Below are positions 1 through 9,893 of a stretch of 64,000 bases of DNA, one piece after another. The DNA is from Andalucia godoyi And28 (taxonomy: Eukaryota; Protista; Jakobida). Location: positions 214,870 through 278,869 of the forward strand of contig VRVR01000024.1 in the NCBI GenBank assembly GCA_009859145.1. Direction: 5' to 3'. Below the pieces are notes generated by a model, which saw only the letters and a program-made list of their open reading frames with translations, had not been told where the DNA came from and made no database searches. Within the stretch, counting starts at the first letter, position 1, and each line of letters opens with the position of its first letter. The position numbers and the translations under genes are program-made.

Positions 1-1
1 C

Positions 2-51
<50 letters not shown>
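1..51. repeat. (CA)n microsatellite at window edge
   Basis: About 24 CA units read directly. Confidence 0.95.
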
Positions 52-54
<3 letters not shown>

Positions 55-213
55 CTCAGCCCCATACAAAAAACAATAAAAGAAAACAAGGACACTCAAT
101 ACAGTCAGGAGGAGTACGAAAAAAATTAGAAAAAGAGAACACATCATTTGACAGATTTCCACCACTGACATTCAAACGAAAAAGAAAGAAAAGCAAAGGC
201 GGACGATCTCAAG

Positions 214-2267
214 CTACCCTTGAGCATTTCGAGAATTGTTTTCCAGTTGTGCGATCTTTTCCGTCAGAAGCCTTGTCTCTGCTTCTGTTTGTCCTTTGAA
301 CCTGATGAACTCAACGTCCTTATCTTGCAATGCACGGTCCGATTCATTCAGCAGATTCTGCAGTGCTTCGAGACGAGACTCGGCAGCAGCAGCCCTTTCG
401 CGCTCCTCATTGGTCAGCGCAGCACTACCAGACTTCCCCTTTTCAAGCTGTTGGATCTGTTCCTGCAACTCGGCAACCTCCCCTGCGTGCTTCTCTCTCA
501 ATCGGATGAGTTCTATCTCGGTATCTTGCAGCTTTCGATCAGTGTCGTTCAGCGTGTCTGAAATCGCTTGTACCCTAGCTTCTGCAGCATCCGCACGCTC
601 TCGTTCATCCTTCAATGCGCTCGCAGGACTGTCCTTGTGAATCTCTTCAATCTCTGTCTCGAGACCCTTGATGCGCGCTTGGAACCGTGTCGACTTTTCC
701 TTGGTAACCGCAAGCTCATCGGATATCATTGTCTTTTCTGCCTTCTCCCTTGCAACTGCACTTTCAAGCTCGGCAATCCGGTTCTTCAACACACCAATTT
801 CTGCATTGGAGCTCTCTCGAATTCGGATAACCTCGATTTCCTTTTCCTGGAGCTGGTCATCGGTCTTTCGTAGCACGCTCTGCAGCGCAACAACCCGCGC
901 TTCGGCTTCATCAGCCCTGTTCTTCTCGTCCTGGAGAGCGTTTCGGGTCTGGACCGATCCATCTGCCTTCTTTTTAAGATCTTGACACTCCTTATGAAGT
1001 CGATCAATCTCGTTATTCATAAGCCCAGCGTCTTCCCGGAGGTTTTTCGTAAGAGTTCTGAGATGAAGATTCTTTTCCCGAAGCCTGATGATGAGCTCCT
1101 CCTGTTCTTTTGTGGTCCGCAAGGTGCTCGTTTGTTCGGCAACGGTAGACTGTTGGTGGGAAACAACGACCCGGAGTTGCGACGAGAGCTCATCCACAAT
1201 TTTCTGCAGTCTACGGGATTCTGTATAGTATGCTTTGAGCTCCGTTTCGAGCTCCCGGACGCGAGTGTGTCGAATGTCCGTCTTCATCTTTTGCATCGCC
1301 TCCTCCTTTTCAGTTACGGACTTCTCCAGCATTCGAACGCGCATCTTCAAGCTCTTGACCAAATGCATGGACGCACCACCAGCGCCTTGTCCAGCTCCAG
1401 AACCGCCGGCGGAGCCCAGCGTCATGCTCATGCCTGACGACGACGACGTCTTTTGAATATCATCATCCACGTCATGACTGACTGCTTCCTCCAGCATTCG
1501 CTCCTTCTTCGCAAGCTCGCCTTCTGTCTTTGTGAGTTTCGTGCGCAGCTTCAGCACCTCTTCTTCCATTACTCGCATGTTCTTCTTCATGTTGACATTC
1601 TCCATATACAGCGTCTCCGGATCCTGATACATGTTTGCAGGAACCTGTCGCTTCTTCTGCGTCCGCGAGACGTCCTCGTAGAAGTTTTTCAGCGGGCTCG
1701 GTCCACGCATCGCAGGAACCGAAGACGGCGGAAGCTGATGCGCCAGAGATGCCGACGATGGCCGAGAAGTCGCCGAAGTCGGCCTTGCGCTCGAAGGCCG
1801 TGACGAAGATCGTTGCACCGGAGCTGTCACATGTAATAACAATCATAATCATGACAGTCATAGCAACAACAACAACAACAACAACAACAATAATAATAAT
1901 AATAATAACAATAATAATAATCATAATCACAAACCACCACACCATCATTAGCAATTGCTGTACAGTTACCACTATCACGTACATAATAAAAGGAAGAAGA
2001 TAAAAAACAAAATGAAAGAGCAAATGCAAACAGAGCAGGTTTTTCTTTTTTTGCTCGAGAACACATACCAGACGGTGGGCGATTCGATTGCTTGTGAGCG
2101 TATTGAGAAGACCCAGGCTTGCGAACAGCAAACGACTCGTGTTCAAAATCATCATCATCATCGTCAATTGCCACGACTCCAAGATCATCATCTGCGTCAA
2201 AAGAAGGCGGAGCATCACGAAATGGATCGTCGTCTTCGTACCGACGCCGTGAAGAATGATGAGACAT
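214..2267 (-). CDS. IQCE: IQCE-like coiled-coil protein, two exons (2267-2069; 1823-214), intron 1824-2068; may continue left of the window
   Basis: Exon 1 MSHHSSRRRYEDDD...RPPS ends at a GTATGT donor (2068); ACAG acceptor (1824); phase-1 join G|CT restores the frame. 'ETLYMENVNMKK...LRTKL...LKMRVRMLE...KTDIRHTRVRELETELKAYYTESRRLQ' resembles the IQCE N-terminal region. No IQ motif seen within the window. Confidence 0.65.
1863..1930. repeat. (AAC)n/(AAT)n microsatellite inside the IQCE intron
   Basis: Direct reading; explains the poly-V/I/T ORFs in the track. Confidence 0.9.
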
Positions 2268-2902
2268 GCTGCTTTTCTGAAGGAAAAACAAAAATTGAAA
2301 AAATGAAAATTAAAACGAAATCAAAAAAACAACAGAATAAACACAAAATACGAAACACCCCAACGAGAATCAAAGATCCTTCAGGTAGAGAAGGAAAGAG
2401 AGAGGGAGAGAGAGAGAGAGAGAGAGAGAACACGAAGAAAAATAAAAGAAGTGAGAAAAATGGGAAAACGAAAGTGAAAAGGAAGTGGGAAAAGCTTGTA
2501 AAATACCAGGAAAAACGGGCAGCAAAGCAGGGAAGCAAACGGAAATTCCTTTTGGAAGAAGCGGTACTACTCTCTAACCCAAACGTCTTGTGGACGGGTC
2601 GTGATTTCATCGGATAGTATTGCAGAGTTGACAGCCGTCGACCTCCGACGAAAAATTGGATTGTTTCTGCATTACTGGCGCAGCTATCGAGGGAGAAAAG
2701 CGTTGGTTGACTACAGTCGACGATATCGGAGAATTGTTTTGCGAGCCCACACCAGGAATCACAAACCTAAAATAGAAAGAGAAAGGCCCGCCAAGCAATT
2801 GACGGACTGTCGTGAACTTCTCTGAAACTGCGTTCTGCAGAAGAAGATTGGCGGCGGGGGAAAAGGGACTTCTTTCCCTTGTGATCGATCCTGGGTGGGG
2901 AA

Positions 2903-4531
2903 ATGGTCCAGGAAGAAGTGACGTATGATTCTGCATCGAGTGGGTATTTCATTACGTCGGTTGTTGGACTGACGCTGTGGGTCATCATCTTTGCAGTTTC
3001 ATTCATTGTAAAGTACACAAATTCCAGCCAATCCGGACACGTGGAGGACAATGACGGCGGTGGTTGTAATGATGATGATGATGATGATGACAGGGATGCT
3101 GCACTTCCATTTCGAACACGCATCAAGGGCGCTGCAAAGACAATGGGTCGTTCAGGCACAACTCGAGAGCGCATTCCGTTTGTTGCTTCCTGCTTGCTGT
3201 TCTCCACAGGCCTTGACTTTCTGTACTTTTCAAGCGCGACCAACACACCGCTTCCGTTTTGTTTGATGACGAGAACCCAAAAGTTCTTCACAACAATGTT
3301 TCGGTCACTGCCAATCATCGTGAACCTTTTTACGTTCCTGCAAGCCTTTGTCCAAGCAGGTCAAAATGAAAATTTCGAAACGACATTCACTGTTTTTGCT
3401 GCTGCGGTCGTGGTGTTCATGTTTGCGGAATGGTATTTCTTGGCGCAGTGTCTGGCAAACTATGTCTTTCTTTGGGACCTGTTCACCACAAAGCTCCCCA
3501 CCGAGGACCGGTCGTTGCGCGCGGAAGTTCAGAAGCATTGGAGATGGTTTTCTACGTTTGTGATTACGTTTTCCATCGTGACGTTTTCTGTGTTTGTCAT
3601 CTACCTACTGGATCCAGTCTCGACATTTCAGTTTCGTGTCGTGACGTGGTTGCTTAGCTTGCTGTTCTTCTTCGCGTTGACGACGTCGGTGTCGTTGGCC
3701 ATCGTGGTAGCAGGCTTCACAACGGTCCATTTGCTGATCATGCAGGATATGTTCTTGCGCTCCATCGGAAACTCTGCGCCAGCCGAACTTCGGCTCTCCC
3801 AGCCAGGCAAAGCAGTCACAGTCTCGGAAGCAATCGAGGCATTCTTCGATTGCAATAACGCGTTGCAGTCCACGTCGTCCTTGCTGCACTCTTATTTCGG
3901 TCTGGTGTTCGTGCAAGTGATTCTCACGTTTTCTCTCCTGGTGTTCTTTCTCTCCGAAGGATTTGCAGTGAACAATGTCGGGGACCTTGTCGCGATCTTC
4001 GGGCCTCTGATTTCTTACACTTGCGTGCTAACTGTTGCGGCTTGGTCTTGCGCAGTTGCCAATGGCTACAGCACGCGGTTCATTGAGCTGGTGTCGACTG
4101 TGATTGCTGTCGAAGGTTTGCCTGTTTCAAAGGATGAAAAGTGGTCGATTCTTCGTTTTTCCAGAGCGATTACACGGTCTCCACTGGCTGCTGCGTATGA
4201 AGAGCAAAGGAAATCTACCAAGTCTGAAAACTGGAATCTTTACGTCTCGCATATCTTGGACGCAGAAGACAAGACCATGCGCCGGCGTCCGCATCCCCCG
4301 TTACGCAGCGAACAGAGCAGGGATGCGGCAAACAGCGACAGTCTGTTGTCGGATACGGACAAAGTTCGCATGCACGCATTTCTGGCGCATCTAAAAGTTC
4401 GCAGCCCGCAAATCCGCATTCTCGGCATCATTCTGGATGAAGGCACTGTGGTCCGCTCTTCGTACGCAATTTTTGGTCTCACCATGTTTTTCCTGCAGCG
4501 CGCGGTCAGTGGAGGTGCATCGACTCTCTAG
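2903..4531 (+). CDS. Multi-pass membrane protein, Gr/Or-like 7TM ion channel (GRL/7TMIC) candidate 1, 542 aa
   Basis: About 8 hydrophobic helices plus short re-entrant 'LLFSTGLDFLY'; C-terminal TM7-like 'HLKVRSPQIRILGIILDEGTVVRSSYAIFGLTMFFLQR'. Family assignment is inference. Confidence 0.6.
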   Translation: MVQEEVTYDSASSGYFITSVVGLTLWVIIFAVSFIVKYTNSSQSGHVEDNDGGGCNDDDDDDDRDAALPFRTRIKGAAKTMGRSGTTRERIPFVASCLLFSTGLDFLYFSSATNTPLPFCLMTRTQKFFTTMFRSLPIIVNLFTFLQAFVQAGQNENFETTFTVFAAAVVVFMFAEWYFLAQCLANYVFLWDLFTTKLPTEDRSLRAEVQKHWRWFSTFVITFSIVTFSVFVIYLLDPVSTFQFRVVTWLLSLLFFFALTTSVSLAIVVAGFTTVHLLIMQDMFLRSIGNSAPAELRLSQPGKAVTVSEAIEAFFDCNNALQSTSSLLHSYFGLVFVQVILTFSLLVFFLSEGFAVNNVGDLVAIFGPLISYTCVLTVAAWSCAVANGYSTRFIELVSTVIAVEGLPVSKDEKWSILRFSRAITRSPLAAAYEEQRKSTKSENWNLYVSHILDAEDKTMRRRPHPPLRSEQSRDAANSDSLLSDTDKVRMHAFLAHLKVRSPQIRILGIILDEGTVVRSSYAIFGLTMFFLQRAVSGGASTL

Positions 4532-4969
4532 CTCCGTATTTTATTCGTTTCTGTTTTCCTTTTCTTTTTCAATGTTTCGGTGAGCGTGGGTTATGCCTTA
4601 CCAACGTGTCTTTGTCTCTTGCTGTCGTACATTCCAGCTTTTCGGAAACCTGTTGCTGTCGGGATCGATAGTTCAATTTTCAGATCTGCATTTTTCCCTT
4701 TTTCCCCATGAGAGAGGCCTGAGCACAGACGTTCCGTTTCATCGCGAACTTCTGATGGGAGATATTTCCTCCGACAATTCCTTGTTTCGTACATAGCATA
4801 GCATTCTGCTTGTCTTCTCACCTCTCCGTTTCTTCTCGGTTCCCGACGGGCATTATGGAGAGTCAGGCTCTAACGTTGAGTTGAATAGTGTTAAAAAAAA
4901 AAACAGATATTGCTACATTTTCCCTGCGGCCTGCTCCTCATTGCTGATTTTAGACGTTGATTGATTCAA

Positions 4970-6514
4970 ATGTCTTCGAACGCAGCACCCCCGATTAACG
5001 ATGCATCGTCGCCGTATTTCTCTGTGGGATTGTCTGGGATTTGCTATTGTGTAGTCGTATGGTCATTTTCGCTGATTGTCAAGTTCGCTATGGCTTCTTC
5101 AACGTCTCTAGAGGGCAAGAAAAGTGATTTTCGAGCATTTCTAAGTGCTGATGTGGAGGGAAGTCGTGTTCGGGAACGGATGGCGATTCCATTCGTTCCA
5201 CGAGCATTGATGTTCCTCACTGGCTTTGACTATCTCTTTTATGATCAGACTGCCGGTGGAAAGCCAATACGCGCGTCAAAGCTGTCACGATTTCAGAAAT
5301 TTGCCTTCACTCTGCTTCGATCCGTGCCCAGCGTTGCCTCGTTTGCGTTGTTTCTTTCGTCGTTCGTGTACGTCGGCCTCGCAGGCGAATTCGGCACGTC
5401 ATCTCCTTTTACAATATTTGCTGCTCTGGTGGCCATTTGCGCTATATTGCAAATGATCTTTTATCCGGCAAGCTTGCTGTCGTTTAATGATATTTGGGAC
5501 CTCATTACGACGCCGTTGCCAACGACCGATGCCAGTGTGTATTGCCGAATACGATCCGCGTATTCGTCGTATTCATACATGATCTTGGGATACAGCCTTC
5601 TCTTCATTGCGAGTCTGCTTTGCATTTCTGTGACCCCGATCGATTCTTTCCAGTATCGATTGCCACGAGCTGTCATTTCTTTGATCTTCATCATCCACTT
5701 GTCAGTCTCCGGGCTCATGACGACTCTCGTTTCAAAGTTTGTCGATGAGCACGTAGCCATTCTAACAGACTATTTTGTTGTATCCATTACTGCAAAGGCG
5801 CCCCACGTCAACACCACCGTGTCGCTCACGAAGAAGCCGCTGATTCCGATTCCCGAGCTTATCAAATTGTTCTTTGAGTTCGAACGAATTATGCGAAAAA
5901 CAACGATTCCGCTCCCGTTTTACCTTGGACCGCTGCTTATCCAGTTCCTGCTCATTCTCTCCGTTCTTTTCTGGTACGTCTCCGTGGGGCTCTATGTGGG
6001 GAACTTCTTGCTGTTTGTAGATCTCTTCGGTCCGATGTTTGTGTATGCGTTTCTGCTGCTATCGTGTCTGTGGCCGTGTGCAGTCACCAACTCGTCAATC
6101 CACCGGTTTATTGTCCTGTTGTCGTCTGTCATTGCAACGGACCAGCTTTCGCTTTCCATCGACAAAAAATGGAGGCTCATTTCTGAGATGGAACTTGCCG
6201 AGTCGAAATCGTCGTCTGCAAATCTGGGGAATATCAGCGGCGTTGCGCACACCAACATTTGGACCCAGTACACGACTCGTATTTGCCGACCAGAAGAGCG
6301 CGGATCAAAGCCATCCGAAGTCGCAACGCTCTTGTCCGACCAGGACACCATAGCTCTCAAGAGCTTTGTGATGCACTTGCAGATCCAGCGTCCGGAAATC
6401 ACGATTTTGGGCGTTCGCATCACCGAGGGAATTGTCCTTCGTCTCGCATACGCAATCGTCGGTATTATCTTACTTGTAATGCAGCGTGTCCTCGGCGCCG
6501 CCATTACTCTTTAG
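4970..6514 (+). CDS. Tandem paralog, GRL/7TMIC candidate 2, 514 aa (first ATG 4970)
   Basis: Same helix layout; 'LMFLTGFDYLFY' and 'HLQIQRPEITILGVRITEGIVLRLAYAIVGIILLVMQR' align with candidate 1. Confidence 0.6.
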   Translation: MSSNAAPPINDASSPYFSVGLSGICYCVVVWSFSLIVKFAMASSTSLEGKKSDFRAFLSADVEGSRVRERMAIPFVPRALMFLTGFDYLFYDQTAGGKPIRASKLSRFQKFAFTLLRSVPSVASFALFLSSFVYVGLAGEFGTSSPFTIFAALVAICAILQMIFYPASLLSFNDIWDLITTPLPTTDASVYCRIRSAYSSYSYMILGYSLLFIASLLCISVTPIDSFQYRLPRAVISLIFIIHLSVSGLMTTLVSKFVDEHVAILTDYFVVSITAKAPHVNTTVSLTKKPLIPIPELIKLFFEFERIMRKTTIPLPFYLGPLLIQFLLILSVLFWYVSVGLYVGNFLLFVDLFGPMFVYAFLLLSCLWPCAVTNSSIHRFIVLLSSVIATDQLSLSIDKKWRLISEMELAESKSSSANLGNISGVAHTNIWTQYTTRICRPEERGSKPSEVATLLSDQDTIALKSFVMHLQIQRPEITILGVRITEGIVLRLAYAIVGIILLVMQRVLGAAITL

Positions 6515-6626
6515 TCTTCTAGAATTCTTATGCATGTGTATTAAACAATCAACTCTTTCGGACATCCCGCTAAACACTCAAGAAAACAGAGAGACGGAAA
6601 ACCGCTGCAGGCATTCCATGCTTCTG

Positions 6627-6890
6627 TGCAAGCAACTTTTGAACTGATCGTGTTTAATTTTTCGTTTTGAACGTTGATCACTCTTGGAGGCATGTTCGAT
6701 ACTGCGCGAACGATCCGAAAAGAAGTACGATGTTTTCAAGCCAGGTGCTTCGCGAGCTATGATGACGCATGGACTTGCGGGGGGGCCTGCCCGGCTGCCC
6801 CTAGACGATTGACTCATAGGATTGATTGTTGTGCAGCATTGCAACAGTACCAATTAGAGACAATTAGGATTGATGCAGTGTATGTAGGTG
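6627..6890 (+). mobile_element. Non-autonomous Fanzor/TnpB-like relic D (left boundary uncertain, 6570-6627)
   Basis: GGGGCCTGC (6782-6790), long hairpin CATTGCA...TGCAGTG, then TATGTAGGTG end; shares TTGTTG..TGCAGCATTG with relic B; about 140 bp shared with 9640-9782. Confidence 0.6.
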
Positions 6891-7065
6891 TGTAAAATAA
6901 TCACTCGAAGCAGTCTCTCTCTCTCTCTCTCTCTCTGTCTTTTTCTTTTTCTTTTTCTTTTTCTTTTTCTTTTCATCTTCATCTTCTTCGTCTTCGTCTT
7001 GTTCTTGTTCTGTGTGCACAGCCTCAATAGAGAAGAAGTAGAGTGAAGAAACGTGCGAGATAATC

Positions 7066-7437
7066 ATGACGATGGAAGTGTATCAGACATCCGCAGAAGA
7101 GGTGAATGGTGCGCCGATGTATCTTCAGATCGTTCGCATGAATGAAGCGTGGATAGTGTGGTTTGGTCGATCTTCTGCGAAGTTGTCGAACATGGCTCTT
7201 TCGCTCCCGCCCGCTTCTCCAAACACAGCGCCGATCGCCACTAGTCTGTTGAAGCCTCAGTCGGACCGCGCGTCGCGCATCCAGCTCATTGCTGCGCGTC
7301 TTTCCAAGCGATTCAACAAGCTCGTTGTCCTCAGCGCGGACTGCGATGAGCTCTTTTCCGATTCGCCAGAGACGTCCATCGCTGCAGAGCGGTTTCTGAT
7401 CGACTCTATCAAGACGTATGCTTCAAACATTTCGTAG
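7066..7437 (+). CDS. PSMG4: Proteasome assembly chaperone 4 (PAC4)-like, 123 aa
   Basis: 'AWIVWFG...LSNMALSLP...ATSLL...IAARLSKRFNKLVVLS...AERFLIDSI' pattern and size. Confidence 0.75.
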   Translation: MTMEVYQTSAEEVNGAPMYLQIVRMNEAWIVWFGRSSAKLSNMALSLPPASPNTAPIATSLLKPQSDRASRIQLIAARLSKRFNKLVVLSADCDELFSDSPETSIAAERFLIDSIKTYASNIS

Positions 7438-7753
7438 GAAACGCCGACCAAAAAACGCCGTTGTACATATCCTCTCCTTCCCCTCCTCTTTATCTCCACG
7501 TTTGCCCTTTTTATAAATTTTACAAGGTGTCTGATGACCGTCATCTACCAGAAGATGAAAAAATTATTAATAGTTTACATACTGCTGGTTTGTAAGACTG
7601 CAAACCAGCAATTCGTTTTAAAAACACAGGTAATCCAATTTTCCTCCTTTTGCTCTTTGGTGTGATGAGCAGTCTTCCGGTACAGATAAGCAGCGCACAG
7701 AACGAGGCGAACACTTGGCAGGTTCCGCAGACAGCGCTCTTTGTTTTCATTTG

Positions 7754-8212
7754 CTAGACCAACCGAGGGTGCTTCAAACCAGTCGATCCAAAACCTCCTT
7801 CACCACGGTCGGTCGTATCGAGTTCATCCGTATAAGTGATGTCGACAACATCGGGAATGCGTTCAAGGATCAATTGTGCGATCCGATCCCCTGCGTTAAA
7901 AGACACATCAGCGTCTCCCAAGTTGAATAGTAGTACACCAATTTCGGAACGATAATCCGAGTCAATGACTCCAGCGCCGCAGTCGATTCCGTGCTTCAAC
8001 GCAAGTCCCGAGCGTGGCGCCACTCGCATATACCATCCTGGATTGAACGACACTCGAAGTCCTGTCTTCACCAAAAGTCGCGATCGCGCTGGAATCACAA
8101 ATGCCTCCGGCGTCGAAACATCCAGTCCTGCAGAAAACGGAGAGCCGCGCATCAGATCATGCGCCCTGTCATGCATCTTGTGCACTCGCAGCTGAACGTG
8201 GGTTGCAGACAT
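7754..8212 (-). CDS. DUT: Trimeric dUTP pyrophosphatase (152 aa from ATG 8212; in-frame N-terminal extension possible)
   Basis: Motifs SAGLD, VAPRSGLA, AGVIDSDYR, GDRIAQLI, RGEGGFGSTG. Confidence 0.95.
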   Translation of the reverse strand: MSATHVQLRVHKMHDRAHDLMRGSPFSAGLDVSTPEAFVIPARSRLLVKTGLRVSFNPGWYMRVAPRSGLALKHGIDCGAGVIDSDYRSEIGVLLFNLGDADVSFNAGDRIAQLILERIPDVVDITYTDELDTTDRGEGGFGSTGLKHPRLV

Positions 8213-8546
8213 TTTAGATACCCGTGAAAGCATACGCACGTCTTCTTTTTCCACTCTTTCTTTGTAAAATGAATGCCCGTTTTTTTGTTTTTTGTGTGTT
8301 GTCTTTCGATATTTGCAGAGTGGAGCATCTGCGGCGATTCTCTTTGGTTGGGCGGCACAAGGTTTTCCCTTTGGCGCCATAGTTTTACAACTGAGATGAT
8401 GCAAATTGAGGAACACTTCCGACGGTCGGTCCGGGCGATGCAGTGTTTTCGCCCCATCGTGCTTGAATCGCATGAAACGAGCACTCGCAGTAAGAGGGAT
8501 AGAGAGAGGACACGCGGAAAGGAAACAGCCGTCTAAGGTTCTGTTT

Positions 8547-9479
8547 TTACCAATCAAGGCGAGAAACGGCGGCGACTGTCAGGTCGTCCGAAAATCGATG
8601 AATCAGTTGAAACTGGGCTGTCACGAGGTCCAGTCTCCCCAGTAAACGCTCTCCAGTCTTGGCGTCCTTCACCAAAGCATACAGGGCCAGCTCGTCTTCT
8701 GCAGCAAACATGGGGCCTGTAGTCAGCGCATCGACGATAGCAACTTCGCTGTACTGTCCAGTCTTGACATTGATGTGAACGAATGCAATCGATGTATCGT
8801 CGTTCTGGGCTAGCCCAAAGAGCTGCTCTGTTTGTGGGGACCACGACACAAAGTGAATGACAGACGCTTTAGGGACCATCACTAAATCCAAAAAAACGGC
8901 GCTTCCAGGCCGGGTTGCAAAGTCGCCGACTGCCAGTTTTTGTGCCAGAGTCGAGTTCGGCTGCCTGGGGAAGTTGTTCAAGAGTCCGAAATACCTATTG
9001 GATCGGGCATCGTATGTGGATGCGTTGACGTACCACATGTACGGCAATGCTTGGATTGGCCGGTAGGTGACTGTTGGGCCAAGAGAGAGCTGCGACAAGA
9101 TGCGTCCATACATACCATTGACCGCGATTCCATAGAATGCATTCTGCAACGCACTGAACTGAAGATCAAAGTATGAAAGCGACTCTGAAACGTCCAATGA
9201 CACAAGTGACAGCTTCTCATCAAGAATGTACAGTGCTGCGCCCTTGACGCCGCTCGGATAGGCGATCACGTACACCTGCCGGCTGAGAGGATCCGACGTT
9301 GCCTCGGCAAGAGGGAACGGAAAAGAAAAGTGCTCCGAAGAACCCGCAAGAGCGATACCGGTATCATCGTATATCCGTAGTGACGCATTGCCGTTCGAAT
9401 CCTGCAAAAGAGCAAAAAACTTGGCAACACACGAATGTATGACCACCGAAATCAACAAAATACACAAGAGAAGCCTCAT
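8547..9479 (-). CDS. Secreted protein of unknown function, possibly beta-propeller, 310 aa
   Basis: Signal peptide MRLLLCILLISVVIHSCVA; beta-rich repeats ('YDARSNRYFGLL','WSPQTEQLFGLA'). Confidence 0.7.
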   Translation of the reverse strand: MRLLLCILLISVVIHSCVAKFFALLQDSNGNASLRIYDDTGIALAGSSEHFSFPFPLAEATSDPLSRQVYVIAYPSGVKGAALYILDEKLSLVSLDVSESLSYFDLQFSALQNAFYGIAVNGMYGRILSQLSLGPTVTYRPIQALPYMWYVNASTYDARSNRYFGLLNNFPRQPNSTLAQKLAVGDFATRPGSAVFLDLVMVPKASVIHFVSWSPQTEQLFGLAQNDDTSIAFVHINVKTGQYSEVAIVDALTTGPMFAAEDELALYALVKDAKTGERLLGRLDLVTAQFQLIHRFSDDLTVAAVSRLDW

Positions 9480-9651
9480 GATGAAATATGGAAAGCGTTA
9501 CGAGTCCTCACGATCTGGAACGGTGACTCTTGACCCCACACACACGGAGCACACAGAAACCAAATAAAAGAAGAAAACCACATTATAAACGGAGGAAAAA
9601 GAAGATTGTCAAAAAATAAAAAATAAAAAAGACAACCCACATGGAATTCCG

Positions 9652-9830
9652 TGCAAGCAGCTTTTGAAGAAGTCTTATTGTGTTTAATTTTCGTTTTTGG
9701 ACGTTGATCACTCTTGGAGGCATGTTCGAAACTGCGCGAACGATCCGAAAAGAAGTACGACGATTTCAAGCCAGGCGCATCGGAAAGGGGCCACGTGCGG
9801 AAAGGCTGCAGTGTACCCGCACTTCTTCTT
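9652..9830 (+). mobile_element. Degenerate relic E, dispersed repeat of 6627-6762; boundaries uncertain
   Basis: Near-identical core 'acgttgatcactcttggaggcatgttcga.actgcgcgaacgatccgaaaagaagtacga...ttcaagccagg'; followed by GGGGCC and GCAGTGTAC but no intact GTAGGCG end. Confidence 0.5.
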
Positions 9831-9893
9831 ACCTACGACTCGACAAATAGCGCCCCCAAAAATTCGCGAGGTTTTATGCGCTACACCACAGGA

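Noticed and set aside
1472-2617. 248, 220 and 122-aa ORFs with poly-V/I/T/C or E/R runs
   Set aside because: Translations of microsatellites in an intron and upstream region.
2601-2825. 74-aa ORF with IQ-like 'HYWRSYRGRK'
   Set aside because: Non-ATG start, short, opposite strand to the IQCE-like gene; no support.
6700-6716. tRNA/SINE T-loop or Pol III B-box (GTTCGATAC; GTTCGAAAC in the 9.7-kb copy)
   Set aside because: No A-box, acceptor stem or cloverleaf; context fits the mobile-element family better.
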